A DNA stretch of 64,000 nt, taken from Ylistrum balloti (lineage: Eukaryota). The number at the start of each line of letters is the position of its first letter. Within the stretch, counting starts at the first letter, position 1. The position numbers were made by a program, and so were the translations under genes. The stretch lies in NCBI RefSeq assembly GCF_031769215.1, contig NW_026782484.1, positions 372,001-436,000 of the forward strand. The letters are read 5' to 3'. This document shows positions 24,008-37,664 of the stretch, piece by piece. A model generated the notes under the pieces. It worked only from the letters and a program-made list of their open reading frames with translations, was not told where the DNA came from and made no database searches.

Positions 24008-25665
24008 CGGAAATCGGCTACTCTTACATGCAATATAGCAGAGAAATCGGCTACTCTTGCATACAACATAGTAGAGAAATCGGCTACTCTTACATACAAC
24101 ATAGTAGAAAAATCGGCTATTCTTACATACAACATAGCAGAGAAATCGGCTACTCTTACATACAATATAGTAGAGAAATCGGCTATTCTTACATACAACA
24201 TAGGAGAGAAATCGGCTACTCTTACATACAACATAGTAGAGAAATCGGCTACTCTTACATACAACACAGTAGAGAAATCGGCTACTCTTACATACAACAC
24301 AGTAGAGATATCGGCTACTCTTACATACAATATAGCAGAGAAATCGGCTACTCTTACATACAACAAAGTAGAGAAATCGGCTACTCTTACATAGAACATA
24401 GTAGAGAAATCGGCTTCTCTTACATACAACATAGTAGAGAAATCGGCTACTCTTACATACAACATAGTAGAGAAATCGGTTACTCTTACATATAATATAG
24501 CAGAGAAATCGGCTACTCTTACATACAACAAAGTAGAGAAATCGGCTACTCTTACATAGAACATAGTAGAGAAACGGCTACTCTTACATACAACATAGTG
24601 GAGAAATCGGCTACTCTTACATACAATATAGCAGAGAAATCGGCTACTCTTACATACAATATAGCAGAGAAATCGGCTACTCTTACATACAATATAGCAG
24701 AGAAATCGGCTACTCTTACATATAATATAGCAGAGAAATCGGCTACTCTTACATACAACATAGTAGAGAAATCGGCTCCTCTTACATACAACATAGCAGA
24801 GAAATCGGCTACTCTTACATACAATATAGCAGAGATATCGGCTACTCTTACATACAATATAGTAGAGAAATCGGCTACTCTTACATACAACACAGTAGAG
24901 AAATCGGCTACTCTTACATACAACACAGTAGAGAAATCGGCTACTCTTACATACAACATAGTAGAGAAATCGGCTACTCTTACATACAACACAGTAGAGA
25001 AATCGGCTACTCTTACATACAACATAGTAGAGAAATCGGCTACATTTAAATACAACATAGTAGAGAAATCGGTTACTCTTACATAGAACATAGTAGAGAA
25101 ATCGGCTTCTCTTACATACAACATAGTAGAGAAATCGGCTACTCTTACATACAACATAGTAGAGAAATCGGCTACTCTTACATACACCATAGTAGAGAAA
25201 TCGGCTACTCTTACATACAACATAGTAGAGAAATCGGCTTCTCTTACATACAACATAGTAGAGAAATCGGCTACTCTTACATACAACACAGTAGAGAAAT
25301 CGGCTACTCTTACATACAATATTGCAGAGAAATCGGCTACTCTTACATACAACATAGTAGAGAAATCGGCTACTCTTACATACAACACAGTAGAGAAATC
25401 GGCTACTCTTACATACAACATAGTAGAGAAATCGGCTACATTTAAATACAACATAGTAGAGAAATCGGTTACTCTTACATAGAACATAGTAGAGAAATCG
25501 GCTTCTCTTACATACAACATAGTAGAGAAATCGGCTACATTTACATACAACACAGTAGAGAAATCGGCTACTCTTACATACAACATAGTAGAGAAATCGA
25601 CTACTCTTACATACAATATAGCAGAGAAATCGGATATTCTTACATACAATATAGTAGAGAAATCT
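24008..25665. repeat. 33-bp minisatellite, ~50 units
   Basis: AGAGAAATCGGCTACTCTTACATACAACATAGT in tandem. Confidence 0.97.
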
Positions 25666-26511
25666 GAGTCTTTTGGTCTGAATAAGGATCAAAATGAAAT
25701 GTGTCGAGCTCAAAACCACTTTCACACCATGTACAACGATATGCTTATAGAATATTTCTCGATAATGACACTCGGGAGAACAAAATCTGATACACCATCT
25801 TATAACTTATTTTATACACATGACATTTATTGTCAGTCTTCCAGACAATGCAGCCAAGTTTGCTCCCAGTCTTTGCACTTTTTGTATCAAAATTCTACCA
25901 CATTCTACATGGACCACTGAGAACGCAGAGAGCAAGAACATCTATACTTCTGAATTATGGGAACTTTCAAGGTTAATTTCTGTCAGTAAGTTGTACCTTA
26001 AATAGTGAAATGCTATCAGCATCTGGAGGAAGAAATATTTTTATAGGAACAATAGATTGAATTATTTCCCTTCTCGCGACAAGTCTAAAATTTTCGATTT
26101 ATTATACAATATCCCAAAAATGTTTTATTTGTCTGAAGCAAGGAACATGAAAACTACGCCAAAACGTTTAATCTTAATCAAGATTATCATGCACTAGAAT
26201 GCAAAATGATAAAAAGAATAGAGGCGAACCTCAGGTATGTAATGTTAAAAGCCATGCAAAAAACTGTGTATGGATAAGACACAAAGGAATCGCAACTTAC
26301 GATACAGATTTAGAACTGAACGTAGTAGAGCCATATCACCAATTGAACCACATAGTTGTTTCGTCCTTCTAGGGCCGCTTAGGACCAGGGCGCTGGGCTG
26401 CGTAACACGTCAACAAAGACACCCAGATTTTCTGCAAAGTTCTAAAATGAGTGGATACACATGATATTCGTTATTTTCAATGTACATTATTTTTTTATCC
26501 ATTTCTTTTCA

Positions 26512-26665
26512 CACATGCACATGTGTTTCCGAAGCTGTGAAGCATTCCAGACACATGTGTTTCCGAAGCTGTGAAGCGTTCCAGACGCATGTGTTTCCGA
26601 AGCTGTGAAGCGTTCCAGACACATGTGTTTCCGCAGCTGTGAAGCGTTCCAGACGCATGTGTTTC
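26512..26665. repeat. 34-bp tandem repeat, ~4.5 units
   Basis: GACACATGTGTTTCCGAAGCTGTGAAGCGTTCCA. Confidence 0.9.
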
Positions 26666-27094
26666 CGAGATCATTATTTGCTTCTGAAACCAATTTTAAA
26701 TCGGGTATTCAGGATTGAATAATCAGTGTAGTTTATCGATAACATTGAATTTTCTGAAATCCTTGCTTCGACTGACTGTTTAAATAAAAGTACTGCAAAA
26801 GTGAGCTTGTTTATACAATGCAGTTTGTAAAATATTAAAATAATCACGTTTCCGTTTTCAATTTGTGAATATAAAATACAATTAAGAAAAAATGGATTGC
26901 TACATTATCAGAGGATCATACGTTACACAAAATCATGCAGAGAGCATTTTTCAATACAAATTCAATAATTATAGGTTAAGTATTTACCAAATAATTAATG
27001 AAGGATTAGTAAGTAATGAGATATGTGGAAATCTAGAAGGAGAATTTAAAGAACAGAATATTAGAATATCAACGAAACGTTTCATTAACTCCAG

Positions 27095-27895
27095 AATTCA
27101 ACAAATATCAGAATATAAATAGGAGGTTTACTAACCCCAGAATTCAGCGAATATCAGAATATAACTAAAGAGGTTTACTAACACCAGATTTCAATAAATG
27201 TCAGAATGATTTACAAACCCCAGAATTCAACAAATATCAGAATATAAATAAGGAGGTTTACCACCCCCAGAATTCAGCAAATATCAGAATATAAATAAGG
27301 AGGTTTACCACCTCCAGAATTCAGCAAATATCAGAATATAAATAAAGAGGTTTACTAACCCCAGAATTCAGCAAATATCAGAATATAAATAAAGAGGTTT
27401 ACTAACCCCAGAATTCAGCAAATATCAGAATATAAATAAAGAGGTTTACTAACCCCAGAATTCAGCAAATATCAGAATATAAATAAGAATGTTTAGTAAC
27501 CCCTAAATTCAGCAAATATCAGAATATAATAAAGAGGTTTAATAACCCCTAAATTCAGCAAATATCAGAATACAAATAAGGAGATTTACTAACCCAGAAT
27601 ACAGCAAATATCAGAATATAACTAAAGAGATTTACTAACCCCAGATTTCAATAAATGTCAGAATGATTTACAAACCCCAGAATTCAACAAATATCAGAAT
27701 ATAACTAAAGAGATTTACTAACCCATGAATTCAACAAATATCAGAATATAAATAAGGAGGTTTACCACCTCCAGAATTCAGCAAATATCATCATATAAAT
27801 TAGGAGATTTACTAACCTCAGAATTCAGCAAATGTTAGAATATAAATAAGGAGGTTTAATAACCCCAGAATTTAACAAATATCATCATATAAATA
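27095..27895. repeat. 47-bp minisatellite, ~16 units
   Basis: CAGAATTCAGCAAATATCAGAATATAAATAAAGAGGTTTACTAACCC; period of 47 at 27301, 27348 and 27395. Confidence 0.92.
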
Positions 27896-28313
27896 AGAAA
27901 GATAATACATGATTTTAAGACATCGCTTTTATACATTATGATGTTTGAATACTTATATCAAGAAAATGGATCCCGACGTTATTAAACGTACAACTTCCAA
28001 TGTATATTGACGTACACTGTAACTAGATATCAAAAGTGCATATAAAAGGTGAATATTTCACTTCAGTACAAAATCGTTGAAATATTCATCATGGAATAAG
28101 ATAGATTTTGTAATATATTTCGAAAAAGTTCAATGGTGAGAGAATCATAAAGAATTTTAATGCAGAAAAAAAATCAATTCATGACACTTAAGCAACGTAA
28201 AGCATATTAGATGCAAAAGTATTAGCTGTGTTAACAAACCAAGAAGTTGTTGAATAACTGATTTATTTAATGTATTAGTTTAAGTCCGGTACTGTGATAT
28301 GCCCCCGGCTCTC

Positions 28314-28387
28314 CGTCACGTTACGTTATGTACGGCACGTGGAAGGGACCGTTAGAACAGGAAGTCACGCTGCCCGGACCTATATAA
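28314..28387 (+). promoter_or_regulatory. Promoter cassette of paralogue 5
   Basis: CGTCAC 28314, CACGTG 28336, AACAGGAAGTCAC 28356, TATATAA 28381. Confidence 0.7.
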
Positions 28388-28565
28388 GGGCCAGCACCAA
28401 CCTCCATCGTCACATCAAGCTGACGTCCAACAGGTAAGGTAGTACACATGATAAGGGGTATAATGATAAAAAATGTATCATACTATGAATTTAACTTTCG
28501 CCTGGGAAATATGTTCATTCTGAATAAAATCGCTTATTTCGAATGTTTTTTCCCTTGCAGTCACC

Positions 28566-30093
28566 ATGAAGTCATCATCTGCAGCACTAATTGCGATATG
28601 TCTCTATCTGGGTGTGTCATGCGCACTAGGAGCCGGATACGGATCCGGATATAATAGCTATGATAATTATGGAGGCGGATACAGCATGGGTTACGGAAGT
28701 GGTTACGGAAGTGGTTACGGCAGTGGCTACGGAAGCGGATATGGACACTCCAAGGGATACGGAAAAGGATATGTCTCCTCCGAGACCATTATTAGACAAC
28801 CTTACCTCCAACCCGTAGCGGCCCCACCACCAGTGGAGGAAAACGATGGTCTTTTTGGATTAGGTGGATCTGGACTTCTGTGTAAGTGATATTTTAAAAA
28901 ATTATATTAGTAATACTATTATGACTGGTTCATAGGTTCCAGTTCCTGAATATAAGATTTCCCATGCAGTGTTTGACTAGTTTTGTATTCGCCTAATATA
29001 TCCTGCTTTCTACCACAATGGTGGTGTTATTCAACTCCAAAGGCTTCAATTGATCATTCCAAGGGCCCTCAACACGCTCACAAAAATCAGAAGGCTTAAA
29101 ATGTAGTCCACGGTAGGTTTTGTAGTAATTTGATTTAAAGATAACAAATCAATTTATTTCAAGCTGTGATTGGTAAGAGTTTTATTATTACTAAGTATTT
29201 CTGATATTGTCAGTTTCGTACCTTATTTATCTACTTTTGACTAAAGGTCGTATCATTACGCCCCAACTGATGACGTAGAAATACACTAGATTACAGAATA
29301 GGTCAATTTAACTTTGGGATGAATTTTTTATTGGTAGAAACAGTTCACACAGTCTCGTGGTTGTTATAAATGGTAATTTTCCACTCCGTTAGTTATTTTC
29401 CAAAAGTCTTTAAAACACTCGTTAAATAATATATTTTTTGTAACTTTTGAAAAAAATGAACTCGAGTGGCAAAAATACTATATATCTCATGCACTCGTTG
29501 TATGGCTTCTACATAAACGGTGCTCTACCATTGACGCCAGTTTTAAATAGAGTTTGGTCTTTAAGTCCAATTTCAACTGTGGCATTAAGGCAAGTTTTAA
29601 AAGTTCAGCGATTTTAAACAGTGCTCGGCAATTCACTCAAGGTTAAAGATCGGCAAATCACTGGATGTTTAAAACAGTGTTTATCCATTCACTTTAGGTT
29701 TAAACAGTGTACGGGCATTCGCCCCAAGTTGAAACAGTGTTCGGCCATTCACTCTAGGTTGAAGAAGTGTCTGGTCTTTAACACCGATTTTAAACAGTAA
29801 TTTGCCATTACCCCAGTTTTCAATAGCGTTAGATTTTCAACTCATCTTTTTAACATTAACCCCAGTTTTATAACTCATTCAATTTTTATCAACAGCTTTG
29901 AATAGTGTTCAGGAATGACGAATTAATCAACACCAATTTCAGCTATCTGCTGTCTTGGCAGATTTACAGATGTAGTAATCTTACTACAGTTCTTCTAACG
30001 TGTGTTTATTTAAATGTTTATGTCATCTAACCTTTGTTTACAGTGCTCGGTCTACCCCTCCTTCTCCTCTTGAGGAACTCCAACTCTGGTTAA
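28566..30093 (+). CDS. Secreted Gly/Tyr-rich protein, paralogue 5, most divergent (121 aa; join 28566-28881,30044-30093)
   Basis: Exon 1 ~28412-28433 (donor GTAAGG), exon 2 28561-28881, exon 3 30044-30131, exon 4 from 30705, ATTAAA at 30779. Hinge is PVAAPPPVEENDG; the tail protein is identical to the other four. Confidence 0.88.
29610..29830. repeat. Degenerate 30-bp repeat in intron 2 of paralogue 5
   Basis: AAACAGTGT.CGG.CATTCAC....GGTT recurring. Confidence 0.6.
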
Positions 30094-30259
30094 ACTCCTG
30101 ACTCTCCTTACTATAGAAGCAACTCTGTGATGTAAGTATACACACTTGTTACCAATGTCATTTTGTAGTGTTAAAATCTAACCAATACTGGCGAGATATA
30201 TAATGTTTTAATACTTCCGCTTTACTAATTTACTACAAATGTAGAAATTTTAATCAGAT

Positions 30260-30470
30260 CATAATCAACCTCGTTTTATTAAAAATCTAGTAAAACATAA
30301 TCAACCTCGCTTTATCATAAATCTAGACATACATTATCACCTTCGCTTTAATATAAATCTGGTTTATATGTATTACCAACCTTGCTTTACTATAAATATA
30401 TTTACATATGATCATCCTAGCTTCAGTATTAATCTAGATATATATTATCACCTTCGCTTTACTTAAAATT
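30260..30470. repeat. Degenerate ~37-bp repeat in intron 3 of paralogue 5
   Basis: TCAACCTCGCTTTA....AAATCTAG recurring. Confidence 0.55.
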
Positions 30471-30849
30471 ACTTAAGCTCTTGTTATTACCCTAAACATA
30501 GTTATTAATATAAACCTCCTTATTTGGCACCGATTAATGATTATCACCATTCAGCTATAAGAGTCAGGCATAATTTATCTTTTACGTTTGATGTTGTTCA
30601 GTTTTACATGGCTTATTTTTCTACCGTAACGATCGAACTGTGAAGTTATTGTTGATTATTGTTGGCGAGAGTTGATCTAATTAGGATTTTCTGTTTTTTT
30701 TCAGATATTGCGCAATATTGACAGTTAACATTTCGTCTGTGTTTTCTTTATTTGTATACTGGTGATATTCTTATGGTGATTAAACTGATGCTAATATAAA
30801 CTACGGTGTTATTGTTTTATGTTGATCGTTGCTAGGAAACGTGTCGGGA

Positions 30850-31075
30850 AATATGTCAGATCTTACTAGGAAAGATGTCGGGAAATACGTTATATGATGT
30901 TTGGGAATGTGTTGGGGAATAAGTCAGATGTTGCTGGGTGTATGGGAATAAGTCAGATGTTGCTGGGTACTGTATCTAGGCAATAAGTCAGATGTTGTTG
31001 GGTAATATGTCGGGGTAATAAGTCAGATGTTGTTGGGTATTATCTCGGAGTAATCAGTCATATGTTACTTGGAAA
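30850..31075. repeat. Degenerate ~33-bp repeat
   Basis: AATAAGTCAGATGTTGCTGGGTA recurring. Confidence 0.6.
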
Positions 31076-31534
31076 TGTGTTTAACTAATATACATGTAAG
31101 TCGCTACAATTGTTAGATATGCTTGGTAATTTACGATATTTTATTCAATGAACTTCAAGAATATGTCATTTTCCCACAACATTGCATCGCAGAAATACCC
31201 TAGAAAGGTTAATAGTTAAAAAAAATTTTCAGTAGAAATTCATAAGTCAATGCAGAAGAGGAAATGACTCAAAACCTTCATCAAGCTGATTCGTCCTTCT
31301 ACAACTCGTCCATGTTATGCCAAGGACTTAGTCGTGAAGCCTATGAGGCGACTGGGAAAAAATTAAAATTGATCAGAAGAAAACTAAAAAGTCAGACGCG
31401 AAGGGGAACTAAACACAAAAGTCAATAATTCTAATACGTTATCTTAAATTTCAATTTTGACTCATTTCAGTAGAAAATGTGAACAGTTCTGATTTTCAAA
31501 CGCATAATCAAAGGCGATTAAAACACATCACACA

Positions 31535-32390
31535 AGAATAAAATATACAACTCCATCACACGAGGACAAAATATACAACTCCATCACACGAGGACAAAAT
31601 ATACAACTTCATTACACAAGGACAAAATATACAACTCCATCACACGAGGACAAAATATACAACTTCATTACCCTAGGACAAAATATACAACTCCATCACA
31701 CGAGGACAAAATATACAACTCCATCACACGAGGACAAAATATACAACTCCATCACACAAGAATAAAATATACAACTCCATCACACGAGGACAAAATATAC
31801 AACTCCATCACACGAGGACAAAATATACAACTCCATCACACGAGGACAAAATATACAACTCCATCACACGAGGACAAAATATACAACTCCATCACACGAG
31901 GACAAAATATACAACTCCATCACACGAGGACAAAATATACAACTCCATCACACGAAGACAAAATGTACAACTCCATCACACGAGGACAAAATATACAACT
32001 CCATCACACGAGGACAAAATATACAACTCCATCACACGAGGACAAAATATACAACTCCATCACACTAGGACAAAATATACAAAATTCCACAACATCACCG
32101 ACCAATGTTACGGTATGCCACAACATCACACAAGGACAAAATATTCTACAACATCACACAGGGACAAAATATTCCACAACATCACCGACCAATATTACAG
32201 TATGCCACAACATCACACAGGGACAAAATATTCCACATCACCGACCAATATTACATTATGCCACAACATCACACAGGGACAAAATATGCTACAACATCAC
32301 ACAGGGACAAAATATGCCACAACATCACACGGGTACAAAATATGCCACATCACATAGGGATAAAATATGCAACAACATCCACATGAAATA
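31535..32390. repeat. 28-bp minisatellite with a diverged distal part
   Basis: AGGACAAAATATACAACTCCATCACACG in tandem, grading into ACAACATCACACAGGGACAAAATATGCC variants. Confidence 0.92.
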
Positions 32391-32499
32391 ACAAAATATA
32401 CAACAACAACATTACAAAGGAGAGAGAGAAATATAATTAAACTAAAACACAATACAGAAACAAAATATACAATATACCCTAGGACAAAATATACAACTC

Positions 32500-33800
32500 C
32501 ATCACACGAGGACAAACACAAACACAGAACTCGAAAACCACGTCAGAAACCAAACTAAAACCATCACAGAGAAAAATAACACAACGTCCAACCAACTAAA
32601 ACACAACAGGAAATAACAAAATATACAACAACAACATTACAAAGAGAAACTCTAACACAACGTCAGAAACCAAACTAAAACACAACAGACAAAATAAGAC
32701 AACTCCATAACACAGGACAAAACCAACTAAAACACAACAGGGAATACTAACACAACAGAAACCAACTAAAACACAACAGAGAAACTCTAACACAACTCAG
32801 AAACCAAATCAACGCAACAGAGAAACTCAAATACAATATAAACCAACTAAAACACAACAGACAAAATATCTAACACAACATCAGAAACCAAACTAAAACA
32901 CACACAGAGAAACTCTAACACAACATCAGAAGGGACAAAATAAAACACAACAGACCAAATTACAGTATGCCACAACAACACACAGGGACAAAATATTCCA
33001 CATCACCGACCAATATTATATTATGCCACAACATCACACAGGGACAAAATAACTAAAACACAACAGAGAAACTCTAATACAACGTCAGAAACCAACTAAA
33101 ACACAACAGATAAAATCTAACACAAGTTCATAAACAAACTAAAACACAACAGGTAAACTCTAACACAACGTCAGAAACCAACTAAAACGCACACAACGTC
33201 AGAAACCAACTAAAACGCAACAGGGAAACTCTAACACAACGTCAGAAACCAACTAAAACGCAACAGGGAAACTCTAACACAACGTCAGAAACCAACTAAA
33301 ACACAACAGGGAAACTCTAACACAACGTCAGAAACCAACTAAAACACAACAGAGAAACTCTAACACAACGTCAGAAACCAACTAAAACACAACAGGGAAA
33401 CTCTAACACAACGTCAGAAACCAACTAAAACACAACAGAGAAACTCAAATACAACGTCAGAAACCAACTAAAACACAACAGAGAAACTCTAACACAATGT
33501 CAGAAACCAACCAAAACACAACAGGGAAACTCTAACACAACGTCAGAAACCAACTAAAACACAACAGAGAAACTCTAACACAACGTCAGAAACCAACTAA
33601 AACACAACAGGGAAACTCTAACACAACGTCAGAAACCAACTAAAACACAACAGAGAAACTCTAACACAATGTCAGAAACCAACTAAAACACAACAGAGAA
33701 ACTCTAACACAACGTCAGAAACCAAATAAAACACAACAGGGAAACTCTAACACAACGTCAGAAACCAACTAAAACACAACAGAGAAACTCAAATACAACG
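32500..33800. repeat. 43-bp A/C-rich minisatellite
   Basis: ACAACGTCAGAAACCAACTAAAACACAACAGGGAAACTCTAAC; clean from 33160 to 33800, scrambled before that. Confidence 0.92.
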
Positions 33801-34524
33801 TGAGATAGCAGGAATTGAGGAGTAACCAAAACCAAACGCACAAAATTAAAGATCACAACATTTGTAACCATGACAACACTTCATGAACAACCATTTTACT
33901 TATCACAGGAATAGTCGATAGACATGCGTACAGGACAGCCTTTTATATTGATTTAATATTTTACTGTATGTCATATGAACCTGATCGTTCCCTCCACGTA
34001 TATAGCAAGACAGTCTTAATATTAGCCTTATTCAGAACATGTCAAGTCGTTGTTATTATTGCGAGTAAATCTGTAGAATTTTTGTGATCAATAACAACAG
34101 CCTAGTGCTGTGTAGTGCTGTGTAGGGCAGTCATGGGTATCGCACTGACTTCTACTTCATAATATACATTATATGTAATTAAAAGAACAACTGATACGAA
34201 ACATCCGGAATCAGTTATAGCACCAAGTGACATCCATCAAATAAATGTCCTAAAACAATGCCAACCAGATTGACATTAATATGACATCAAATATCATTGC
34301 GTTTCCTGTGGTTATTTCAAACAAAATATGACATTTGACATGTCACGTGTTTAACAGACATGGTGAAATATGAAAATAGGAAATACATTCTTGTCAAATA
34401 AGGGACAATAGTAAAATAATTTTTTCAAATTTATATTTGTTCTTGATTTTTTCTAATGTTGATGAAATATTTGCATACTGTGATTGTTCTTTCATTACAA
34501 TTCCTAACACATCTGACAGTTAGC

Positions 34525-34670
34525 GTTCCTACAGTGTAACGACGGAATTTGTGTCTCGAATAATGGTCCTACAGTGTACAGAGAGAAGTTTGTGTCTAGG
34601 ATAACGTTCCTACAGTGTACAGAAAGAATTTATAAAATATCTTGTGTCTCGGATAACGTTCCTACGGTGT
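34525..34670. repeat. ~42-bp degenerate repeat, ~4 units
   Basis: CGTTCCTACAGTGTA...TTGTGTCTCGGATAA recurring. Confidence 0.6.
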
Positions 34671-34674
34671 ATCC

Positions 34675-35580
34675 CGAAGCATGCTCCAAAACAGATATTT
34701 GGACCACGTCTTTAGCCCGAGGCATGCTCCAATACAGACATTTGGACGACGTCTTTAGCCCGAGGCATGCTCCAATACAGACATTAGGACCACGTCTTTA
34801 GCCCGAGGCATGTTCCAATACAGACATTAGGACCACGTCTTTAGCCCGAGGCTACCCTCCAATACTGACATTTGGACGACGTCTTTAGCCCGAGACATGC
34901 TCCAATACAGACATTTGGACGACGTCTTTAGCCCGAGGCATGCTCCAATAAGACATTAGGACCACGTCTTTAGCCCGAGGCATGTTCCAATACAGACATT
35001 AGGACCACTTCTTTAGCCCGAGGCTTGCTCCAATACAGACATTAGGACCACGTCTTTAGCCCGAGGCATGCCCTCCAATACAGACATTTGGACGACGTCT
35101 TTACCTCGAGGCATTCTCCAATACACACATTAGGACCACGTCTTTAGCCCGAGGCATGCTCCAATACAGACATTAGGACCACGTCTTTAGCCCGAGGCAT
35201 GCCCACCAATACAGACATTTGGACGACGTCTTTAGCCCGAGACATGCTCCAATACAGACATTTGGACGACGTCTTTAGCCCGAGGCATGCTCCAATACAG
35301 ACATTAGGACCACGTCTTTAGCCCGAGGCATGCTCAGACAATACAGACATGCTCCAATACAGACATTTGGACGACATCTTTAGCCCGAGACATGCTCCAA
35401 TACAGACATTAGGACCACGTCTTTAGCCCGAGGCATGCTCTCTAATACAGACATTTGGACGACGTCTTTCGCCCGAGACATGCTCCAATACAGACATTTG
35501 GACGACGTCTTTAGCCCGAGGCATGCCCTCCACAGACATTAGGACGACATTGGTTGCCCGAGGCCTACTCCTCTACAGAC
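34675..35580. repeat. 43-bp minisatellite, ~20 units
   Basis: GCATGCTCCAATACAGACATTAGGACCACGTCTTTAGCCCGAG. Confidence 0.95.
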
Positions 35581-37664
35581 ATCTAGATTGATTATTAGCG
35601 AATATGAATCAAACTTCCGTTATCAAGTAATAGGAAAGAGACCTCCAGTAGTAGCGAGCCGAAATCAGTTAGTGATAGATACGGCGGTCTATCCCATGGA
35701 TGTCTTCCAAAACAATAACCCCTACTTTCGCATGCAATGGGATAAAGGAGGTTATATTGTCGGTGACATAGATGTTTCCCATATAAGAAAGCTTTGTAAG
35801 AGAACTCTTAATAGCATTTCACGAGCCGAACTACTTTATTTAAGTTTGTTCATATGCGAGAATGCTCATTTATTACACCACTCCCTGTTTGAAGACTGCA
35901 TCATCACAGCGGACGCAATTAATGACAGAAAAAGTGATATATTCTTGTTGCCCGTACACCTGCAGGTAGCAGATAATTGATGTCACATTCACGTTTACTT
36001 CTCTGTTTTCAATTTCTGTATACATATGACGTTCGGAGATCAAATTAAAGCAATGAAACTAAAATAGAAAACGTTCAACATTTGGTCTAATGGACGTCAT
36101 CGACACTCTCGATTCTACGTCACTTCCGGTGTAATTAAAGGCTGCCAGCCGTTCTTCTAACAGTTGCAATGTTCAATACCACGTAATGTTTTTTTCCCAA
36201 TTTCCGCTTTTCCAGCGCCGTCGGCTGTGATCATTGTTTGTGAGTGAGTTGTGAATGAGGCATGTTGGAAGTCTGATGTGTAAGTGACTTCAGCAACAGA
36301 GATTGGGGTATTGATTGTGAGAAATCATTGCTTCAGACTGAGAAATCGGGGCAAAATAACACGTTAGTCATTATCCGTTTAAAGACAATCAAAAAGCCCT
36401 CTTTATAATACTGATTCCCATTCTCAGCAGTGTTTTCAGTGTTCCCGTTGTCACTATTTCACCCCTTTTTGTAACTGAAAATCCATAAAAGGGACGCATT
36501 AGACGTTTATTAATTACAGAAAAAAGTACATAATTGACACTGAAACGTTAATTTCGTTACCTAAATGGAAAGATCACCAACATAAAACATCGTAGGACTT
36601 ATATCTTGCAAGTAACAACTGCTAATGAGACGGAGCGAGGGTGGAAACAAGATTTAGGCAGCTTTAAGCGTGAGGTCACTTGTGTTCTATAGGCAGGAAC
36701 ACCACGTGCATGTCTCGCATGCAACAGGTTCATTACGATAGGATTAAACATAACTAGAGTTAGCTTCATTTAGATCGATTAAACTGGAGCGGGAGTGTCG
36801 GTGGAACGGGAGAGACCGTCACATATACAGTACCACAGCCCTCTCTATTCCATCCGAGGGGCTCGCTTGATCGATAGCAGAAACATTTCTTCAACACGAA
36901 ACTCGATTTTTGTTTTAAAATAACAACTGTTGCGTCTACAGATAAATTTTGTTGAAACACAGAACATAATCTCCGGCAAAACCTACTTGCAAAATATACA
37001 TAAAACACTATTCAATTTAAATAATTAGATTTTGAAACCTATTATTGAGACGTTTGGAAGCGTTGTGCATTATCTGTGGGTTGGGTATCTCAACCGATTC
37101 CCGCCCTACCTGATACACACAGCCTCTGTAACCCTCCACAAGGCTGACTATCGATCTCGTGGAGCCCGGAGTTGACGTCTCGGAACATTCACTTGGCTGC
37201 TCTTCCGAGCACACGGACGGACACGGCTCCCAAGCATACCCTGACCGTAAGTATGAAACGGCCTGGCCGTCGGGCAGGGTTTCTATCTTTACTGTTCCAT
37301 GTTAATGATTAAGTTTTAAATTGTGATCTAAACTTTAACACACAACATATGGTGCAATGTTTATGGCTATTAAGAATATTATCTCTGTTATGTATCGAGT
37401 GGGTTGACGTAATGACAAAAAAGGAGATCAAGATATCGATTTTATTGATCTGTCGGTTCATCACCTGTCGACTTTATGGCTAGATCAGATTTATCTGTGT
37501 ATGGAAACAATCCGATGATAATAAGGTTAGATAAATACTTCGCATCAGTTCGGAATTAATGGACCAGCAGTGTCATACACATTGTCGTCAGGGGTCAACG
37601 ACCGAGGGGTCTTTATTGACACCGCTAGTAAGCCAAACTGGCACTGTTCTCATGGCGGTTGATT

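Noticed and set aside
24004-25725. Very long ORFs over tandem arrays (573 aa here; 658 aa at 40503-42479; others at 17-19, 37-39 and 49-50 kb)
   Set aside because: They are translations of minisatellite monomers, open in several frames and on both strands, with no flanking unique coding sequence or splice support.
34675-35580. CRISPR-like appearance of the 33-47 bp arrays
   Set aside because: Units are contiguous with no unique spacers, there are no cas genes, and the context is eukaryotic.
35588-35980. 130-aa + strand ORF, and a faint Gypsy-integrase-like HGIDR..YH..ISARYYW on the minus strand
   Set aside because: The ORF has a non-ATG start and no recognisable domain; the minus-strand similarity is too short and interrupted to call without a search.
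37040-37252. GC-richer exon-like stretch ending in C|GTAAGT at 37247
   Set aside because: No clear acceptor, start or recognisable product; it could be a non-coding exon or TE fragment.
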